From a virus, in IMG/VR virus record IMGVR_UViG_3300027896_000014, positions 1 through 64,000 of that record: a DNA stretch of 64,000 nt; one strand, 5' to 3'. Below, piece by piece: positions 58,877-64,000 of this stretch. The number at the start of each line of letters is the position of its first letter. Within the stretch, counting starts at the first letter, position 1. Below the pieces are notes generated by a model. It was not told the DNA's origin. It searched no databases and saw only the letters and a program-made list of their open reading frames with translations. Both the position numbers and the translations under genes were made by a program.

Positions 58877-59578
58877 TTGACTTTGGAAATAGACGACAGA
58901 CTATTTGCTATCGAGGAGGAAATAATATGGGGCCTCCTCGATGGATTTTTGAAGAACGCCAAAAGAATCCCGTGGGGTCCAACGAGCAAGGCAGTGGTTT
59001 TCTCCGATCAGCACAGGGGGGATAAGAGTGTTGCGGACCAGTTCCTCAAGAATGAGGACTTACACAATCAGGTGCGTCAATCCTTCCGTCAGGATGGATA
59101 CCTTCTTATAGACAATGGCGACCTCGATGATTTATGGGAATTTGGAGACGCCCCGTACAAATACTACGGGAACTTGCACTCTGACATCAGGACACGTGGG
59201 AATCATGATAATAAACGGAGAGACCTTCCAGAGGTCGTGGTATTAGACTCTGACCCTCCTATCCTCATAACACATGGGCACAAGGGTGATCCGGTCGATG
59301 ACCAGCTTTCCTTTATAGGGGAGGCAGCGGTTCATATTTGGAGGTTAGTTGATAATCTGGGTATTCCGAATCCTTTTGGCGCGGGGTCCACAAGGCATGA
59401 GGACATAAAGGAAATAATGAAGAGATGGTCAAATGCGAGATCAGTTCCTTTGGTTACAGGCCATATCCACTATGCAGAGATTGACGGGATGTATAAGAAT
59501 TCGGGATTTTGGAAAGGAGTAGGCGGTCAGGCCATTATAATTGAAGGAAATGAATTTAAATTGGGGAGTTGGCAATGA
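58877..59578 (+). CDS. Calcineurin-like metallophosphoesterase
   Basis: SDQH, NGDLDD, GNHD, THGH, GHIH, NSG. Confidence 0.88.
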   Translation: MTLEIDDRLFAIEEEIIWGLLDGFLKNAKRIPWGPTSKAVVFSDQHRGDKSVADQFLKNEDLHNQVRQSFRQDGYLLIDNGDLDDLWEFGDAPYKYYGNLHSDIRTRGNHDNKRRDLPEVVVLDSDPPILITHGHKGDPVDDQLSFIGEAAVHIWRLVDNLGIPNPFGAGSTRHEDIKEIMKRWSNARSVPLVTGHIHYAEIDGMYKNSGFWKGVGGQAIIIEGNEFKLGSWQ

Positions 59579-60360
59579 AAAGAAAATACTTATTAAGAAG
59601 GGACAGACCGGATGAAAGGGATTTTCATTCTATGCTATTTCCGCACGAGGAGGTAACAATTCCAACATTCGTGAACCTTCGGAAGTACACCCCTAAAGCA
59701 TTTGACCAGGGCCAGTGGGGAAGTTGCACAGCAAATGCAGGTGTCAGGGCAAGGATCGTTCTGTCCTTATCTGGAGGGAAGCTTGGCATCAGGATCATGC
59801 TCTCCAGAATGGGTCTCTACAAAGAAGAGAAGATCATCGAGGGGGCGCCATTGAGCGAGGACTCCGGTGCCGAGATGAGGGATATTGGAAAGGCCCTTAC
59901 TACGGTCGGAGTGGCCCCCGAATCAGATGACCCCTATACTGATGCCAACTTTGCTACACCGCTTACTTTCCAAGAGAAGACGGACGCTGCAAAATACAGG
60001 GCTAAGTTTTATCAGAGAGTGATCGGGATCACCCAGATCAAACAGTATATCGCTCTCCACCAACAGGGGGTATTGATCGGGATGGATGTCTATGAGAGCA
60101 TGGAAGGGGACCAAGTGGCCAAGGACGGGATACTCCCCATGCCAGGGAAAGGGGAATCTTTATTAGGTGGCCATGCGCTCTACGTAGAGGGTTATGACGA
60201 CAATATGATATATCCTCTATGGCAGAAACAGGGATTAAAGCCTGGGGGCCTGATTATTGCAAATTCCTGGGGAATTTCTTGGGCTGACAAGGGGTATTTC
60301 TTTATGAATTACAAATATGTAAATGATGGTTTGGCTTACGATTCTTGGATTATCCAATAA
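59569..60360 (+). CDS. Papain-like C1 cysteine peptidase
   Basis: DQGQWGSCTA, GGHA, NSWG.SW..KGY. Confidence 0.9.
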   Translation: MAMKRKYLLRRDRPDERDFHSMLFPHEEVTIPTFVNLRKYTPKAFDQGQWGSCTANAGVRARIVLSLSGGKLGIRIMLSRMGLYKEEKIIEGAPLSEDSGAEMRDIGKALTTVGVAPESDDPYTDANFATPLTFQEKTDAAKYRAKFYQRVIGITQIKQYIALHQQGVLIGMDVYESMEGDQVAKDGILPMPGKGESLLGGHALYVEGYDDNMIYPLWQKQGLKPGGLIIANSWGISWADKGYFFMNYKYVNDGLAYDSWIIQ

Positions 60361-60374
60361 AAACGGGTTGACCT

Positions 60375-61244
60375 CATTCCTTCTCCCTCAAAAACTTTCT
60401 AATGAATTTTACATAACCATTTCTATAATCACATTTTGCACAGTGAACAAGGTTGTTATCTGGATAATATTTCAATTTTCCTATTTTGCATTTAGGGCAT
60501 CTCATCTTTCCCCTCTTTCTCCTTCATCCCAAATTCTTTCGGTGTTGCGGGAAGATAGTCTGCTTTAAATCCTAATGATTCTTGGGTGTTTGGAATAGTT
60601 TCAACATTCACCAGAAAATCCAATTTGCAATAGTTTGATTTAATCCTACAAACCTTCCTTTCTGGAAGTTCTTTCTTAAACTCTTGGAGTCCAAGATATA
60701 ATTCTTTTACTGTCTGTTCGGTTAATTCTAAAGTTCCATAAATAATATCAAATTTCATCTTTCCCTCCCTACTTATTAAATTCTACATACCCACATTTTA
60801 CACATAAGAAATAATAAGCCATAATCTCAAAATTGATTTCTTGGATAAGAACACTAAACCCACATTTAGGACAGGATTTGATAACCGACACTTTCCCCTC
60901 CTTAGACGGCCAATGAGCAGGGAATTTCACCCTAACCGTTTCCTGGTTATTTAAAACCAGTTCCCCCCCATTGGCCGCCTCACTTCAATTTCCTAATAAA
61001 CACCAGCTCCCCATTCATATCTAAAAATTTATCTTTTAGATAATCCATGAGCAAGACTATCGGCATAATCCGGTCCCATAAAAACCTTAAAGTGACATTC
61101 CCGATGAGGCCCGATATAGTGAGAACAGGTTACAATTTGAGACCATCTTTTCCAGTCCATACATCGCAATAACCCACTTGCCTTATAAAGTTTTCTTTGA
61201 CAGGTTTGGCAGGCTATTTTTTGAGGCAAGGTTCTGAGGATCAT
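60375..61244 (-). CDS. Cluster of small early ORFs, three with CxxC zinc-ribbon motifs
   Basis: MRCPKC..CAKC, SCPKC..CVKC, CQTC; includes 60492-60758 and 61029-61244. Confidence 0.55.
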
Positions 61245-61963
61245 TTCTCCTCACAGATATAGACGGGAATACCTACAGCCTGTTGAATTTCTAATTTCAT
61301 CCTGACTTCATCACTATTGCCATCGCTCAAATGGGTCAAAAAGATTGCCCTACAACGACTAAGATTATTGGCTTTTAGCATAGAAATTAGATTTTCAAGA
61401 GACATGTGAGACCTGCGAACTCGCTTTCCGACTATCGCGGGAATGTGGCCCTCAAGGATATTCTTGCTAAGAAGCTCGGAGATGTTGTTGCACTCTACGG
61501 CGATCATTGTGATTCCTTGGAAGCGATTTTCAACGTAGGCTGTGTCTGGAATGAACAAGAGGCGATCATTGTCACGGGCTATGAAGAAACCTATTGGATC
61601 TGGAGCATCATGCTCAAGGGGGAATGCTGTAACGAATCCTCCAGGGATGGGCAGCGGTTCTAAATAATTGTCCCACATGTGACTTCGATGGTGTCTAACT
61701 ACCCCCAATGTCATAGCTGTTCCGTAACTCATCCAGCAGTCAACTCCCGTTTTCAATAAATCTTTCACCGCCTTTGAGTGGTCGCCATGACTATGACTAC
61801 AAAGACAGCCCCCGAGATCCGACAGGCTTATTCCGTGCTCTCTCAATTTATCCCTCAATCGATTGATCGGAAGACCGGCTTCGAGAAGAAGGGGGGCAGC
61901 TCCTTCGGATTGAAGGAGATATGCATTACCCCTTGAGGATGAGGCAAATGAAGTGAAGTTCAT
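61241..61963 (-). CDS. MBL-fold metallo-hydrolase (copy B)
   Basis: SHSHGDH and other motifs; homologous to 100-846. Confidence 0.9.
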   Translation of the reverse strand: MNFTSFASSSRGNAYLLQSEGAAPLLLEAGLPINRLRDKLREHGISLSDLGGCLCSHSHGDHSKAVKDLLKTGVDCWMSYGTAMTLGVVRHHRSHMWDNYLEPLPIPGGFVTAFPLEHDAPDPIGFFIARDNDRLLFIPDTAYVENRFQGITMIAVECNNISELLSKNILEGHIPAIVGKRVRRSHMSLENLISMLKANNLSRCRAIFLTHLSDGNSDEVRMKLEIQQAVGIPVYICEEK

Positions 61964-62253
61964 AGGGATATCTCCGTGAGTGGCTTCGGTTCAAAACTTA
62001 CGTCTCTCTCAAAATCCCCTTTTGGCCATCTTGCAACCTCATCCCACTTGAATGTTTGATAGCAGTCTAAAGCTCTTTCTTTTGGATAGATCGTCAGCAT
62101 GATCGCCAGGGCAAGTTGAGCGGGCCCAGATCCGCCATATCCCCAATTAAAACCATCGGGAGAATGATTTCTCACTTTCTGACTCGCTTCTGGACGTAGG
62201 AGAACCCCATCAATCCAAATCTCTCCTGTACTCCACTTCCCCTTAACTTTCAT
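61960..62253 (-). CDS. DUF6166-like protein
   Basis: NHSPDGFNWGYGGSGPAQLALA. Confidence 0.75.
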   Translation of the reverse strand: MKVKGKWSTGEIWIDGVLLRPEASQKVRNHSPDGFNWGYGGSGPAQLALAIMLTIYPKERALDCYQTFKWDEVARWPKGDFERDVSFEPKPLTEISL

Positions 62254-62265
62254 AATTGTCTCCCT

Positions 62266-63252
62266 TCAAAACCCGGGTGCCCTTTTTTCTCCCAAAACCA
62301 TCCCTTTTTTCAGGAGAGCCGTCTGCTCTTCCTCTGGAGAAGGCAAATCATTGTCTGGTGGGGCTTCCGGCTTCTTCGTCTCTTCTGGTTCTCCCTGTGC
62401 CACCTTCCCCGATTCCTCCGGTATCATGATTACTGATCCCTTGTTTGCCTTATCCTCGATCTCCATCTGAACCGCAGCCTCATCTGCCAATTCCTCCATC
62501 CGGTTGATTCTCTCCAAGAGCAGGGCATTATCACTACTTGCGTTGATAATGAATTTGGCGACCTTGTTGATGATGGTCCTCAGAGCCATGTCCCGGGCAA
62601 ACCTTCCATGCGTGCTTTCTGGCTTGAGCTCGCCCTTGTCGTCAAAAGGTTTCATCTTCGACATCTTCCAGGCCTGGTGAATCTCTTCAATGGTCATGAT
62701 CTCGGTCTTGATCGGGTCTCCATCCTTGTCTAATGCCATGGCGTAGGCTGCTATAATTTTCAGTTTATCCATGTTCTCAAGGCTCTGAACATGTTCGATG
62801 ACGGCTTTCTTGCCGTTGTGGATTCCAAACGAGAATTTATCTCCCTCGTAAACCACATCATAGCCCCAATCCTTAATGGTGGGGTTGACCATCTCTGCCA
62901 CGGCCATTGATCCAAAATAGGAGCGCTGGCAGGAAAGGGTCTTACCATATACGATAAAGTAACATTGTTTCTTGCCGGGGTTCAGCCCTTGGACGACCAT
63001 GTCAAGGACGGCGTTGGCAATGCTGGCCTTCGTACAAACCCCTGTGAGTTTCCCGTCCTCCATAACCTTCTTTTTCTCCTTATCCTCGACGGTGTTCAGG
63101 GTCAGGTAGGCAGATTTCAAGGCATTATCCACTGAATAATTCTTGGGAAGGTCGAGTTGCCCGGATTTCAGGAACTCGGAAACCTTCTCGCTCACAATGT
63201 CCACTACGGACTTCTCTACTGCTGGGGTATTCTTCTTTTCTACTGTTGCCAT
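62266..63252 (-). CDS. recT: RecT-family recombinase (copy B)
   Basis: Homologous to 1534-2523. Confidence 0.9.
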   Translation of the reverse strand: MATVEKKNTPAVEKSVVDIVSEKVSEFLKSGQLDLPKNYSVDNALKSAYLTLNTVEDKEKKKVMEDGKLTGVCTKASIANAVLDMVVQGLNPGKKQCYFIVYGKTLSCQRSYFGSMAVAEMVNPTIKDWGYDVVYEGDKFSFGIHNGKKAVIEHVQSLENMDKLKIIAAYAMALDKDGDPIKTEIMTIEEIHQAWKMSKMKPFDDKGELKPESTHGRFARDMALRTIINKVAKFIINASSDNALLLERINRMEELADEAAVQMEIEDKANKGSVIMIPEESGKVAQGEPEETKKPEAPPDNDLPSPEEEQTALLKKGMVLGEKRAPGF

Positions 63253-63268
63253 GATTGTTATCTCCTTT

Positions 63269-63832
63269 CTATTTGAATAGTTTTGATTGCTCTAATTCTT
63301 TAATTCTCTTTTGTAATTGCTGTATTTGTTTCAATCTACCATCGTGCAACCCCTTTGCATAACCAGCCCTATAGCCTTTCCCATGTTCAAGGCTATGAGA
63401 ACCAGCTTTGGTAAGTTCAAGGTTTTCAATTCTATTGTCGTCCTTAATGCCATTTTTGTGATGAACAATCTCTTTTGGTTTTAAGCAGCGACCAATATGT
63501 TTAGCCATAACCAAGCGATGTTCAAGGACGTAACCTCTGACAGCCATTGGATAATAGAAATCGCCTGAATAAACTTTCGTTTTTATGTAGCCATCCAGTT
63601 CTTTAAGACGACCGCCTTTCCAATTTGGGTGCGCTATCCCAACAGGATTTTTATATTTTTTGTTCTTCCCAGCGCAACTACAACATAAAGTTTTGTTTGG
63701 TTTCTGTCTTATTAAATTAACCCATCTTTCTTTTCCGCAATCTTCGCAGGCGTGCCAGATATAACCATTTCCGTAATTTCGCCCTATCTCTCGACCTCTT
63801 TTTATCTCACCGAGTATTGGCATGCTTACCAA
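63269..63832 (-). CDS. HNH endonuclease (copy B)
   Basis: Homologous to 2529-3101. Confidence 0.9.
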   Translation of the reverse strand: MVSMPILGEIKRGREIGRNYGNGYIWHACEDCGKERWVNLIRQKPNKTLCCSCAGKNKKYKNPVGIAHPNWKGGRLKELDGYIKTKVYSGDFYYPMAVRGYVLEHRLVMAKHIGRCLKPKEIVHHKNGIKDDNRIENLELTKAGSHSLEHGKGYRAGYAKGLHDGRLKQIQQLQKRIKELEQSKLFK

Positions 63833-64000
63833 CCTCCGTTTCGACTCTAAGGGTGGTGTCCTTTGGGGACACGTAGAGAGAAATCACCTGCCCTGGCATT
63901 TCGGGAATTTCAGTACAACTTTCCCGATTATCAATGAAAATCGGAGCACGTAATCCATAAAATTGTTGTAGAGTCTTTATAATATCCATTCCAGATTGCG
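63807..64000 (-). CDS. 3' end of SbcC-like ATPase (copy B), truncated by the window edge
   Basis: Same C-terminus as 3076-5061. Confidence 0.9.
   Translation of the reverse strand, partial: QSGMDIIKTLQQFYGLRAPIFIDNRESCTEIPEMPGQVISLYVSPKDTTLRVETEVGKHANTR

Larger units (their letters stand above)
1..64000. mobile_element. Temperate podovirus-like phage/prophage DNA (about one 60.7-kb genome unit plus a diverged repeat of the early module)
   Basis: Integrase, repressor/cro, terminase, portal, capsid, fibre and lysis genes; no tape-measure or sheath gene recognised; no host housekeeping genes; 3076 and 63807 are homologous positions (offset 60731). Confidence 0.95.

Noticed and set aside
1-64000. 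Genome-wide reassignment of UGA or UAG
   Set aside because: Long genes are intact in code 11, many end in TGA within ATGA/TGATG overlaps, and TAG stops precede RBSs; any recoding must be site-specific.
61241-64000. Simple terminal redundancy or exact circular overlap
   Set aside because: The copies differ in sequence and gene content.

Overview
The whole 64-kb window is temperate tailed-phage DNA with a podovirus-like layout and a unit length of about 60.7 kb. A leftward early operon (MBL-fold nuclease, RecT, HNH, SbcC-like ATPase, many small ORFs) is followed by a lambda-like repressor/cro switch with two 17-bp operators, a Dam-family methylase, and a tyrosine integrase. Next to the integrase is an attP-like site whose core looks like a tRNA-Gln 3' end. 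Then come replication/resolvase genes, terminase, portal, an accessory structural cassette, scaffold, an N4-gp56/DUF4043-type major capsid protein, neck/tail proteins, a 1721-aa fibre, ejection-type proteins, a PurD-like ATP-grasp enzyme, further fibre-like proteins, lysis genes and a papain-like peptidase. The early module recurs at the right end as a diverged, mosaic second copy, suggesting two related prophages in tandem or a strain-chimeric assembly. The most unusual observations are: (1) two small late genes missed by the ORF track with an in-frame UGA at a probable Cys position, each followed by a SECIS-like hairpin with an AGUU loop (candidate phage selenoproteins); (2) a 47-aa peptide copying the capsid protein N-terminus plus a basic tail, translationally coupled to the ATP-grasp gene; (3) Sec-type signal peptides on several fibre-like proteins; (4) a tail gene apparently split by a 5.4-kb fibre insertion; (5) several long-range RNA helices and a six-Trp micro-ORF. 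All family assignments come from motif recognition by eye; no searches were run.
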